Shown one piece after another: positions 29,610 through 39,071 of a stretch of 64,000 bases of DNA (the stretch's first letter is position 1; each line of letters begins with the position of its first letter). Where the stretch lies: the IMG/VR virus record IMGVR_UViG_3300042905_005059, positions 9,279 through 73,278 of that record; one strand, given 5' to 3'. A program made the position numbers and the translations under genes. The DNA is from a virus. Its lineage: Duplodnaviria; Caudoviricetes. The notes beneath the pieces were generated by a model. The model saw nothing but the letters and a program-made list of their open reading frames with translations, was not told the DNA's origin and did not search any database.

Positions 29610-30743
29610 GAAGTAGAAGTAATCAGCCTCTTCCTTAAATGCTTCGTCCACCTTATCTGGAACACCGAAAGAATCATTCCTAACGTTTTCGCTATTTAAA
29701 TTATTTTTACAATGCCATCTGCTGGCAAAAGTTTTTCCTCCTTTAATTATTATTTTATTAGTCTTAAAGTATACTTTGCTTAAATCAAGACCGTCTAAAA
29801 ACTTCATGTCCAAAAAGTTAAGTTTGTTTACTTTTTTAAAATTTAGGTATTTAATTTTTTCTTTATTTATATCTTCTAGAGGCAAGGATGAGATTATTTC
29901 GTAGCTAAATTTATTGTCCTCTAAGAACTGAACAAAATCTGGAGAAGAGTTTTTTTCAATTTTGTAGTATATCTTTTTTATGTTATTTCTATGCTTAAAA
30001 AGCAAGTTGGAGTCTATAGCTTTAGAAGTAACAATGCTAAGAGAATTTAAAGTTAATTGAGCGTTCAAGTTGTGCTCTGAAAATAGGTAGTCCATCCTGA
30101 CTATCATTTCATTTTTATTGCCAGCTTTAATTTCAAAACAAGAGTCTGGAATGATTTCTAAACTTTGAGTGGCGTATACTTTGCCGACTGATATGGTACT
30201 ATCGAAATCATGATCTTCATTGAGAAGATTCTTAAGTATTTTTTTAGCTATCTCTTCTGGCCTAATGTTATTTATTTTCGCGCTTGTCGGATTATGAAAA
30301 TTCTTACGCTCTTCTTTTGAATGAATAATAGACTCTTCTGAAACTAGAGTATTATCTAAAGAATAGTCAACCTTTAAAAAACATTGCGAGATACTAAACT
30401 CTGAGGCTATGAGAGAGTACAACTTAGAAGAGCCGCAAAACATTTCAGAGTTTCTAATTATATAGGCTTTTTGATTAATAGAAGCAGAGTTATCAATGTA
30501 TGTATGATTAAAATAATACTTCTTGTCTTCTATAAAATGTACTATATTTATCTTATGGTTTTTTAAAATTGGCTCTATAAGCTCTATAACTCTGAACCAA
30601 AATACATAATGGTAATTGGGATCAGAAGATTGAGTATCAAGAACAATATATTTATTGAAATCTAAAGGATAGAACTTCTCATATATATAAGCGGATTTTG
30701 GCTCTAGACCAGTAGTGACAGAAAAAGATTTTAATAAGTTCAT
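29583..30743 (-). CDS. GT9-like glycosyltransferase C-terminal half plus extension
   Basis: N-terminal region parallels 49362..49928 (MNLLKSFSVTTGL vs MHIIEAYSLYSGL; WFRVIELIEPILKNHKINI vs WQEVISLISPELKSKNINI; ends IRPEEIAKKI vs FSPEEVAETF). Confidence 0.5.
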   Translation of the reverse strand: MNLLKSFSVTTGLEPKSAYIYEKFYPLDFNKYIVLDTQSSDPNYHYVFWFRVIELIEPILKNHKINIVHFIEDKKYYFNHTYIDNSASINQKAYIIRNSEMFCGSSKLYSLIASEFSISQCFLKVDYSLDNTLVSEESIIHSKEERKNFHNPTSAKINNIRPEEIAKKILKNLLNEDHDFDSTISVGKVYATQSLEIIPDSCFEIKAGNKNEMIVRMDYLFSEHNLNAQLTLNSLSIVTSKAIDSNLLFKHRNNIKKIYYKIEKNSSPDFVQFLEDNKFSYEIISSLPLEDINKEKIKYLNFKKVNKLNFLDMKFLDGLDLSKVYFKTNKIIIKGGKTFASRWHCKNNLNSENVRNDSFGVPDKVDEAFKEEADYFYFLTKEQLGA

Positions 30744-32590
30744 TGTACAAGAATAGAGTGGTGATTTTTAATAGAAAAATTATCCAAACAATAGCTTTGA
30801 AAGAAATTCTTATTTAAGAAATCTGGATCTTCGAATTCTTTGGTTTGAATAATAGCGCTTTCTATCATTGTGTTTCCGGAAAAAACGCTTTGGCAAGTTT
30901 CGTTTGAAGATACAAATATCTTTTTATTTGGATATTTTTCTTTGATGGCAGATATTATTTTTGTAGATAAGAATATATTATCTAACGAAGAATTGATAGA
31001 AACAAAGATTCTGTCTTCTGGAGAGCTTCCTGAAAATAACTCTTCTATTCTGAAAGATTTGTGCTTTTCATTATCTTTCATAGCTACATCTCGGAAATAA
31101 GATTCTATAGATTGACGCGGAGTTCCCTCTTCTATCTTCTTTAACCAATGGTCTAACCCTTCGTCGTCCTCTTTAATTTCGTGATGCAGAATTAATGCAT
31201 ACAAAGATTTAATCCAAATTTTAGGATCTTCTATGTAAGGCGTGTGCGCGTATGGATTTTTTTCTGGATAAGATATTTTTGATGGCTCGTAATTAGAGTG
31301 AGAGCAAGAGTCTAAAAATTTCTCTATTTTAGATCCAACACTTTCAGTAGAAAAATTATCAATAACCCATTTCCTAGCAACTCTGCCCATTTTTATTTTT
31401 TCATTCTCTGACATATCTAACACCAGCTTTAAGTTATTCGCTATAGACTTGGGGCAAGTAGAAGCTTTAATAAACTCTGTTCCAAATTCTCTGTACTCGC
31501 TCCAATCTAAAGCAATAGATGCCGCTTCTGGCTCGCACATTTCTTGTCCACAACTATAATTAGTAACAAGAGTAATTAATCCTGCTAATTTAGCTTCTTG
31601 GATTGGTATTTCTTGGCCGCCGCTTGTGAATGGATGGCAGTAAACATCCATAAGATTATATATTTCATTAAGTTGATTTTCAGAAACACCAATGCTAGTG
31701 CCGGTAGTTATGCAAGAGTCCCTTGTCCGACATCTCTCACAATCTGTGCTAGTTTTAGAGAAGTTTTTAATCTCATAATCTTTACAGGATTTGCAAACAT
31801 ATGTAGTTAAAATATCTTTGGTATCTACGCCATTTTCTTTACATAGTTTATGAATATTCCATCCTTCATGCCATCCAGTATGCAGAAGCAGCTTGGGCTT
31901 TGACTGAGGATTAGCGTCTTTAAAGATTTTAAATCCTTGGAGTAGGTTTGGAACAGATTTTCTTAATTGATTTCTGAATACGAATCCGATTATATAATTG
32001 TCTAATTCTATTTTATTTTTCTTTCTGATTGAAGCTTTCGCTTCTGGAGGAAGCGGCCTAAAATCAGAGATCTCAATTGTCCCGTGAACAGTTTTAACAT
32101 GAGTATGTCCAAGTTTATGCATTTCTTTTTCTGCGAAATTAGACCATACCCAAAAATTTTTAATCTTAGGAGCTTCTGCTACAGCATTAGAAAGCAATGG
32201 CAAGGAATCTAAGGTAGTCCAAATAACAGAATTAATTTTATCGAACCAAGGTTTGCCTATGGTATAATCGACTCCCCAAAAGTCTTGAACCCCGATATAT
32301 ATATCAGGCTTTTCTTCATTTACTACTCTATCTATTTCAAATGCCCCATAAGAATCGAGCCTTTGCTTCTCTGATGTTAATGCTTCGTTGGCGGTTCCGG
32401 CAGCGCCATAACTCTTCCAAGGAGTTCTTTCTAGCTCTGGATGGTGCTTCGTTATGCCTCCGCATAAAGACACTATTTCGTACTTGTCTGTCTTATATAA
32501 ATAAGAAAGAAGGGCTTTGGCATTTCTACCAAAACCCGTCTTAGACAAAGCAAAATCGGAGTGAAATAAAATCTTCTTCTTTTTTACCAT
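30740..32590 (-). CDS. GT4-family glycosyltransferase with CxxC/CxxC insertion, DUF4214-like segment and GT9-N-like tail
   Basis: TGFGRNA N-terminus, FVFRNQLRKSVPNL, DVYCHPFTSGGQEIPIQEAKLAG (GT4 ExxE-type motif with G in place of the first E). Confidence 0.75.
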   Translation of the reverse strand: MVKKKKILFHSDFALSKTGFGRNAKALLSYLYKTDKYEIVSLCGGITKHHPELERTPWKSYGAAGTANEALTSEKQRLDSYGAFEIDRVVNEEKPDIYIGVQDFWGVDYTIGKPWFDKINSVIWTTLDSLPLLSNAVAEAPKIKNFWVWSNFAEKEMHKLGHTHVKTVHGTIEISDFRPLPPEAKASIRKKNKIELDNYIIGFVFRNQLRKSVPNLLQGFKIFKDANPQSKPKLLLHTGWHEGWNIHKLCKENGVDTKDILTTYVCKSCKDYEIKNFSKTSTDCERCRTRDSCITTGTSIGVSENQLNEIYNLMDVYCHPFTSGGQEIPIQEAKLAGLITLVTNYSCGQEMCEPEAASIALDWSEYREFGTEFIKASTCPKSIANNLKLVLDMSENEKIKMGRVARKWVIDNFSTESVGSKIEKFLDSCSHSNYEPSKISYPEKNPYAHTPYIEDPKIWIKSLYALILHHEIKEDDEGLDHWLKKIEEGTPRQSIESYFRDVAMKDNEKHKSFRIEELFSGSSPEDRIFVSINSSLDNIFLSTKIISAIKEKYPNKKIFVSSNETCQSVFSGNTMIESAIIQTKEFEDPDFLNKNFFQSYCLDNFSIKNHHSILVQ

Positions 32591-33165
32591 AGATCTTCAT
32601 CCGACGACTCAGGCTTGGGAGCCTCTTCCTTCTTAGGGGCAGGAGGCGCAGCTTGAGTAGTAGCGGCTGATCTATTATCTTGATCTTGAATGGCCTTTTC
32701 AAAGATTTTTGCAAGAGAAAGAGCGAAGTAAGACTCTAGCTTAATGGCTTCTCCAAAAGTAAAGCCCATTAGAAACGAAGTCTTATCTTGAGCGTTTTCC
32801 TTGCTCTCCTTGGAGACAGAAAAAGAATAACCTACTTGAGCCATCTCTGATGGGTTGTCCTTAGTGCCCCTCATGTAAGGCGAGAACTTAATTCGAGTGA
32901 CTTGCTTTTGGGAGTCGTGGAATCCCGTGAATTCGGCATTACGACGCATTGCCGAAATGATATCGCCCACTTCAGTAGAGCTAAGCTTAACAGATGCAGA
33001 CATCTTTGGATTTTGAGCATTGCCAGCGAATGAACCGCGCTTCTTGCTCTCGTCCCAACTGGATTGTTTAATTAGATTAACGAAAACACAGTCATCTTTT
33101 GCAGAGATCTTAAATGAGCAGCCGCAACCAGTGTTTTTTGGATTTGGTTTGTAAAATTGAATCAT
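32584..33165 (-). CDS. Whirly-like ssDNA-binding protein (putative phage SSB)
   Basis: KLSSTEVGDIIS, GFHD, GYSFSVS and TFGEAIKLESYFALSL parallel the Whirly core. Acidic tail SSDEDLW. Start moved to ATG 33165 by the adjacent promoter. Confidence 0.6.
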   Translation of the reverse strand: MIQFYKPNPKNTGCGCSFKISAKDDCVFVNLIKQSSWDESKKRGSFAGNAQNPKMSASVKLSSTEVGDIISAMRRNAEFTGFHDSQKQVTRIKFSPYMRGTKDNPSEMAQVGYSFSVSKESKENAQDKTSFLMGFTFGEAIKLESYFALSLAKIFEKAIQDQDNRSAATTQAAPPAPKKEEAPKPESSDEDLW

Positions 33166-33172
33166 GCTATAT

Positions 33173-33201
33173 ATTATGGTGTTTTTGGGCCGAAAAGTCA
33201 A
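33173..33201 (-). promoter_or_regulatory. Sigma-70-type leaderless promoter
   Basis: TTGACT-N17-CATAAT, 7 nt before ATG 33165. The -35 box overlaps the dnaE TGA stop. Confidence 0.75.
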
Positions 33202-35762
33202 GTATTTTTGGAGTCAACTTCTTTCACTTCGGAAAGTTTTGTATATATTTTCAGTGTCTGAATACTAATAGTATCTCCAAATAAACAGTCTTGTTTTTTC
33301 ACGCCTTTAACGATGACAACGTCTTCTTCTTTCGGAAGAGTATCAGAGTTCAAAGATTTATTTAAATCTATCTTATCGTTGAAGGTGAGAACTGGAATAG
33401 ATCCAAATTCATCAGAAAGGATCATCTTGAATGTTCTTGTTTTCTTTTCGTTTTTAGATATCCATTCGGAGCTTTCTAAAACTCTGCCAACCACATAAAG
33501 CATCTGATTGTTCGGAGCTTCAGATATTTGCGCTGTAGTTATCAAATTTGGCATTTTACTTTTGAAGATCTCATTCAGAGATTTGTCGTAACTATAGCCA
33601 AGCAATTTGTTCTCATAGAACCAATTAGCAAAGCTTTCTGATTTATTATTCTGCTGATAGATCTTAAGATATGGGTCGTATTTCTTCTTAATAGTTTCTA
33701 GGCGACTTTCTTTAATTAAGAGTTTGCCATTTTCATTCTTGCTTTCAGATAGCTTCTTAACTGTTTTTAACAAATCGTAATCTTGCTCTGGGCCATACTG
33801 CATGCTAAGAACCTTTTCCTTATCGGTCAAGACGTTCCAAAGCTGAGCTTCTAGCACGACTCTACTCCTTGAGCTAGAGAAGCCATCTAGCGCACCGGCT
33901 TGGATAAGGGCCGATAAAACTCCAATAGAAATGCCAACTTCTTTTGCAGCTTCAAAAACTTCGAATTTATTAGACTGATCAGATTTAAAGTTCTTAAGCT
34001 TATCCATCGTCTTTTCAGAGATGCCTTTTATAGAAGATAGTCCAAATCGGATATCATTAGTCTGAATAGAAAAATCAGTTTCAGACTTAAGAATGTGAGG
34101 TCCAAGCAGCTTGATTCCAAAATGCCTCAATTCCTTTTGGATCTTTGAGATCTCTTGCAGAGGGGCTGGCTCATGCTTGGTCATCTCAAGCAAGGCCAAA
34201 AAAAACTCTTTTGGATACTTAAATTTAAGATAAACAGTGCATGCCGCCAGCGCAGCATAACTCATTGAATGAGACTTGTTAAAAGAATAGTTAGCTGAAT
34301 TTTCAAGAATACGCCAAAGGATGTCACCAATTTCTGGTGCTAGATTATTTTCTTTAATCTTGTCTTTGATCTTTTCCTGCCACTTCTTTACCTCTTCGAC
34401 TTTCTTTTTACCAACGATTCGGCGCAAAACTTCTGCTTCATCAAGCGTAAAGCCAATCTTATTGGACATTTTCATTAGCTGCTCTTGGTATAGAGCTACA
34501 CCTCCGCTGCCTCCCAGCACAGAATCGAAAAATTCATGAATACCTTCATATTGATTATTGTTCGTAAAATTAGAATATTGATCTACGAACTCAAGCGCAC
34601 CCGGGCGGGCGAGGGCGAGAACACCGCTTAGCTCTTCAAGATTGCGTGGTTTGACTTTCTTGCATACCTTGAAATTCGTATCAGCTTCAATCTGGAAGCA
34701 TCCATGAGGAGTTTTAAGATCTTGAAGTTGCTGATAAATGAAAGAGTCATTAAAATTGATATCATCTACCTTGATACCAACTAGCCTGCAAACTCTATCT
34801 ATGATAGAAACACTTCTAAGGCCAAGCAAGTCTAGCTTAACATTAAAGATAGAAGCCCAATTCATATCATAACTAGAAACGTGTTCTTTGTCACTAGTAA
34901 GTTCAGTAGGACAGCTTTGATCTATCGGATAGTATGAAAGCATCATTCCAGATGCATGGACGCTCTTATTCTTAATAAGTCCCCTAAGCTTAAGTGCTGT
35001 TTTATATGATCTTGGATTGTTGTCGCACCAGTTCTTAAAGTCAGGGACATCTACATAAGCTTCTTTAAGATCCATGACTTGGCCGAAGGTCTTTGGAATA
35101 AGAGAGCTTATGTCATTCATTTCTGACTCTGGCTTCTCATCAATAATTTTGCCGCACTCTTTGATAAGAAGTTTTCCACTTAGGGTAGTAAGAGTTAATA
35201 TCTTGGCTGTTCTGCCAGAAAAAAGCTGCTCCAAAAATTTAATAACTTTTGAGCGGTTGTAGTAGCAAATATCAATATCTACGTCGCACATCAGCGATCC
35301 ATCAAGATATGTGATTCCGTCTACTACTTGTTTCTTAGCGCGAATCTTGGAGATAAAGCGCTCAAAGAATAGTTCATATTTGATTGGATCTACTTTAGTA
35401 ACTCCAAGCAAATAAAGAATAAGACTACCAGCAGCAGAACCGCGCCCAAGGCCGACAGGTATGGAATTTTCGTTACAGTAGTTAATAACAGTCCAAACCA
35501 GAAGAATATAGTCAAGAAATCCAAGTTCTTTAATGGTCTCAAGTTCATATTTTACTCTGTCAGAATATTTAGGGAAATCTTCTTTAGCGATATTTAGTTT
35601 CTTGAAATTAGCCCTGCAAATTTGCATCAAGAAATCATAGTTAGAAGACTCTTCTTTGAGGCCATATTGCTTTTTCAAGCGGCTCTCGATATTGAATTCG
35701 GGCAATCTTACGCCATAAAGCGGAAGCTTAATACTAGAAAATAGAGAATTAAAGTCTTTCAT
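33198..35762 (-). CDS. dnaE: DNA polymerase III alpha, catalytic part lacking the PHP domain
   Basis: GRGSAAGSL, LFFERFI, DVDIDI, KLDLLGLRS, YSFNKSH, DIRFGLSSIKGI and a C-terminal OB fold. Begins without a PHP domain. Confidence 0.93.
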   Translation of the reverse strand: MKDFNSLFSSIKLPLYGVRLPEFNIESRLKKQYGLKEESSNYDFLMQICRANFKKLNIAKEDFPKYSDRVKYELETIKELGFLDYILLVWTVINYCNENSIPVGLGRGSAAGSLILYLLGVTKVDPIKYELFFERFISKIRAKKQVVDGITYLDGSLMCDVDIDICYYNRSKVIKFLEQLFSGRTAKILTLTTLSGKLLIKECGKIIDEKPESEMNDISSLIPKTFGQVMDLKEAYVDVPDFKNWCDNNPRSYKTALKLRGLIKNKSVHASGMMLSYYPIDQSCPTELTSDKEHVSSYDMNWASIFNVKLDLLGLRSVSIIDRVCRLVGIKVDDINFNDSFIYQQLQDLKTPHGCFQIEADTNFKVCKKVKPRNLEELSGVLALARPGALEFVDQYSNFTNNNQYEGIHEFFDSVLGGSGGVALYQEQLMKMSNKIGFTLDEAEVLRRIVGKKKVEEVKKWQEKIKDKIKENNLAPEIGDILWRILENSANYSFNKSHSMSYAALAACTVYLKFKYPKEFFLALLEMTKHEPAPLQEISKIQKELRHFGIKLLGPHILKSETDFSIQTNDIRFGLSSIKGISEKTMDKLKNFKSDQSNKFEVFEAAKEVGISIGVLSALIQAGALDGFSSSRSRVVLEAQLWNVLTDKEKVLSMQYGPEQDYDLLKTVKKLSESKNENGKLLIKESRLETIKKKYDPYLKIYQQNNKSESFANWFYENKLLGYSYDKSLNEIFKSKMPNLITTAQISEAPNNQMLYVVGRVLESSEWISKNEKKTRTFKMILSDEFGSIPVLTFNDKIDLNKSLNSDTLPKEEDVVIVKGVKKQDCLFGDTISIQTLKIYTKLSEVKEVDSKNT

Positions 35763-36397
35763 ATTTCAACTTGAAATTTAATTTTATTCCAAACTTTGAG
35801 ATTTAGTTCCAAATCAATAATTGCGTTATGAAGATTGTCATAATCGTGCTCTATGCTGTAATCTTTGCCCAAAGCTGTAAGATTAGTTTTGATTCCTTTT
35901 TTGTAAGTATGCAGAAGCTTATATTGATATTCGATCAAAGACTCTTTTGGCATCTTAGGAATTCCATATTTGATTCCTTTAGCCAAGCAATTAGTGTCTA
36001 GTATTTTATTAACTAGATGACTTGCTCGCAAACCTTTGAGTAAATACATCTCTTTTATAAGGTAGAGATCGAAGCCAAGAATATTATGACCAACAATGTA
36101 GTCAGCAGAGTCAAGCCAATCCCTAACAGTATCAAAGATATCGTCAAATTTCTTGCCAGTTGTTTGGATAAGCTGTTCAGGATATCTTGTGATTCTTCTG
36201 GCATCGTCTGATATTCTAAGATTAGTTTCCCACTTGACCAAGAAATCTCGCTCATCAATCTTTTTGCCTCCGACAGTATCAAGCATTGCAATCTGCCAAG
36301 GAAGATTTTGGCAAAAGTTAAGGCAAAGATTTAAAGTCTCGCAATCGATAAAGACAATCTTTTTAGACTTATCAAATCTTAGTAGTTCATTTTCCAT
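35759..36397 (-). CDS. DEDDh 3'-5' exonuclease (DnaQ-like)
   Basis: FIDCET, GHNILGFDL and HNAIIDL motifs. Confidence 0.88.
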   Translation of the reverse strand: MENELLRFDKSKKIVFIDCETLNLCLNFCQNLPWQIAMLDTVGGKKIDERDFLVKWETNLRISDDARRITRYPEQLIQTTGKKFDDIFDTVRDWLDSADYIVGHNILGFDLYLIKEMYLLKGLRASHLVNKILDTNCLAKGIKYGIPKMPKESLIEYQYKLLHTYKKGIKTNLTALGKDYSIEHDYDNLHNAIIDLELNLKVWNKIKFQVEI

Positions 36398-37154
36398 ATT
36401 TTTCTTTGAATGATTCGGCGCAGAATTCGTTTGAAGAGCAGTGATCTAGATTTGGTTTATTTAAAGTCGTTCTTTCAGAGATGCATCGGAAGGTAAGATA
36501 AGCCAAGAAGTCTTCCTTATTTTCATAGTACACAGACTGTGTTTTGATTGCCACTTGTTTGTTTGCGACAATTTCTTCGACTTTTGATTTAAGAATTTGA
36601 TCAAATGGTAAATTATTGTCCTCTACAAAATAAACAGGATTGCAAAAACTAAAATCAGGAACGCAAATACTGTAAGTTAAATTATTCTTAAATACATAAG
36701 AATCATAGAACGGGACAGCTAGGATAAGATTGTCATCATTCCATAATTCTTTTAAAGTCTTGCAATCTATTCTTGGATAGTAATAAAATCCAGTGGTGCT
36801 TGCTGTAGTAGATATCTTAATTAGATTTTTGTATCCTTCAGCGTTTCTTATAAAGATTATTATTTTATGCTCTTTGCCTTTAGAGTCAGCAGTTTTATTG
36901 TTGATATCATCGCATACAGTTAAACGTAAGCCAAACCTCAATTCTATTTTAGCGTCTTCACAAGACTTGTAAGCTTCTAGAAATCCAGAAATGGAATCAT
37001 CAACAAGGCAAATGCTGCTAAGATTTAGCTTTTTAGCTAAATCTATAATTGAACTTGGCTCATCCGACTCGCTTGAGCCAGATTTTGCCAGCGTTAAAAT
37101 AGATTTCCCAAGGCTATAATGGGATTTAAAAAGCGGAATCGCTGAATACTCCAT
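36387..37154 (-). CDS. Stand-alone PHP domain of Pol III alpha (degenerate metal ligands)
   Basis: FKSHYSLGKSILT, FGLRL, HKIIIFIRNAEGYKNLIKI and YYYPRID match the DnaE N-terminal PHP domain. Confidence 0.85.
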   Translation of the reverse strand: MEYSAIPLFKSHYSLGKSILTLAKSGSSESDEPSSIIDLAKKLNLSSICLVDDSISGFLEAYKSCEDAKIELRFGLRLTVCDDINNKTADSKGKEHKIIIFIRNAEGYKNLIKISTTASTTGFYYYPRIDCKTLKELWNDDNLILAVPFYDSYVFKNNLTYSICVPDFSFCNPVYFVEDNNLPFDQILKSKVEEIVANKQVAIKTQSVYYENKEDFLAYLTFRCISERTTLNKPNLDHCSSNEFCAESFKEKYGK

Positions 37155-37159
37155 ACTCT

Positions 37160-37187
37160 AGTATGGGTCAACGACTCAAGAAGTCAA
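37160..37187 (-). promoter_or_regulatory. Sigma-70-type leaderless promoter
   Basis: TTGACT-N16-CATACT, 5 nt before ATG 37154. The -35 box overlaps the upstream TGA stop. Confidence 0.65.
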
Positions 37188-38149
37188 TTGAAAAATGGAT
37201 CATTCTTCCGCCAGTATGGACAACCATTGTACTCTTTTTTATTTATAAGTTTAATTTTTGAGTCGTTTATTAATTCTGCTTTAATGAAAGATGATTTAAT
37301 AAATTTATCATTTTCATCGGTTCCAATGTAAAAAATCGCTGGAAGTCTTGATGGACAAATCCATTTTCCTTGCACATCGCTACCACACATCCACTTTTTC
37401 TTTGGAGAACTAGCAGCAAGATTTTGTAAGGCTTTCTTCTCGTCAAAAGAGTTAATATATCCAGCTACATAACTTAAATAAGATTTGAATCCCTCTAATT
37501 GCTCCTCAGTAGGCTTAGGAGCTTGTTGAATTGGTTGCTTTTTAAATTTTAAAAATATAAAAGAAACATCAGGAATATATCCTTTGGTTTTAAATACGGC
37601 CAAAGAATACATCAAATTTTGCAAATTAAAATCTATTTCTTCTTTAGAGAACTTAGCTTTGCTTGACTTGTAGTCGTAAATTTTATATTCAGTGTCGTTA
37701 AATTTAGCTAATTTGTCTATGAAGCCGTTGATGATATAATCATTTTCTTCTAGCTTGAATTCTGATTCTGCTTCTAATAGAACTGAACCATTGCAAAAGA
37801 AATCGCTTTGTAGGCCAGTTTGAATCATCATATAAATAAGATCCAAGTTTTCTTCGTCGTCTACTTTAAGTTTTTTAGCATTTTTTAAAATTAATCTATG
37901 TATAGCAGGATTTTTAATTACCCCTGCTTTCCCAGAGCATAGGTCGTCAAAATACTTTTTATGCCTGTCGGTCAAGAGAAGCTCAAAAATTAAATGACAA
38001 ATAGTTCCTCTTGAAGCTCCAGAGTTAGAAATATCTGGAAGCTTAAGAATATACTTAGTATAGTAAAGCCAACTACAACCTTCGATAGTCTTAATCTTGC
38101 TGGCGCTAAGTTTTACCTTTTCGGTTTTTATTTGATTGAGTTGTTCCAT
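37184..38149 (-). CDS. PD-(D/E)XK (RecB/Cas4-like) nuclease
   Basis: LSASKI...C..LYY, GTICHLIFE, GFIDKL, IYDYKSSK. Confidence 0.85.
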   Translation of the reverse strand: MEQLNQIKTEKVKLSASKIKTIEGCSWLYYTKYILKLPDISNSGASRGTICHLIFELLLTDRHKKYFDDLCSGKAGVIKNPAIHRLILKNAKKLKVDDEENLDLIYMMIQTGLQSDFFCNGSVLLEAESEFKLEENDYIINGFIDKLAKFNDTEYKIYDYKSSKAKFSKEEIDFNLQNLMYSLAVFKTKGYIPDVSFIFLKFKKQPIQQAPKPTEEQLEGFKSYLSYVAGYINSFDEKKALQNLAASSPKKKWMCGSDVQGKWICPSRLPAIFYIGTDENDKFIKSSFIKAELINDSKIKLINKKEYNGCPYWRKNDPFFN

Positions 38150-39063
38150 TCTATGATTTTATTTTTATCTTTAAGATGTAGATCTCCAAAATCTTTGCCT
38201 CCAGTAGGAAGGGCAATTCTAACTTGAGAACTATCAAAGTAATTTATTAAAGTTTGTCTTGCTGTCTCTGCGGCTCTATTTCCTGCGCCAGTAAAAAGCC
38301 CATCGTTATTAAAAGCTACAATTATTTTCTTAGGATTTAAAGATATCAGAGAATATATTATGGCGCTACTTATATTTAGTCCAAAAGAAACCAATACATT
38401 CTTAATACCATTTTCTCTCAACGCAAGCATGTCTCCTATACTTTCGACTAATATGATGCCATTGCTAGACTTGAGTTCTTTAAGGTTGACTTTGGCTGGA
38501 TAGACCCATTCTTTTTTGTCCCCAAGGAGCTTCCATTTCGGCCTGCCCTCCATCAAAGTTTTAGAAATGTCTCTGCCAGCAAAGCCTATTACTTCATCTT
38601 TATTGTTAAAGATTGGGAAAACGTACCTATTGAACATTTTTCCGCCAGTAGCCACTCCTCCTTGAAAGGGCTCCAAAATAGAATCAGATATACCTCTGTT
38701 AGTCCAATAAGAAGAGTCTCTTAACAATTTAATCAATAAAGACTTATCAAATGTAGAAGTTTGTTTTATTGTTGGCTTTGCCCTGTCTTCTTCTCGATAA
38801 GAAGTGTCTATTCCTTTTGCCGAAATCCAATTCTTGGCTTCATCAATTGATTTTAACTTTAAAGTAAGCCTAACTAGATCTTCTAAAGACCCGCTAATGT
38901 TTTCTTTAAAATCTACCCACTGGCCAGAATTTTTCCAAATTCTTAAAACATGATCATTATCAGAATCTCTATAAAGAGGTCTTGTTCTATACTCTTTGCC
39001 ATGATCGAATAGAACATATCCTATGTCTTGAAGAATTACTCTGACAGATTCGCAGTCATTCAT
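38128..39063 (-). CDS. DnaG-like TOPRIM primase
   Basis: YWTNRGI, RYVFPIFN..DEVIGFAGRD, ILVESIGDMLAL, IIVAFNNDG, KDFGD. Adjacent to DnaB. Confidence 0.82.
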   Translation of the reverse strand: MNDCESVRVILQDIGYVLFDHGKEYRTRPLYRDSDNDHVLRIWKNSGQWVDFKENISGSLEDLVRLTLKLKSIDEAKNWISAKGIDTSYREEDRAKPTIKQTSTFDKSLLIKLLRDSSYWTNRGISDSILEPFQGGVATGGKMFNRYVFPIFNNKDEVIGFAGRDISKTLMEGRPKWKLLGDKKEWVYPAKVNLKELKSSNGIILVESIGDMLALRENGIKNVLVSFGLNISSAIIYSLISLNPKKIIVAFNNDGLFTGAGNRAAETARQTLINYFDSSQVRIALPTGGKDFGDLHLKDKNKIIEWNNSIK

Positions 39064-39071
39064 AAGAAATG

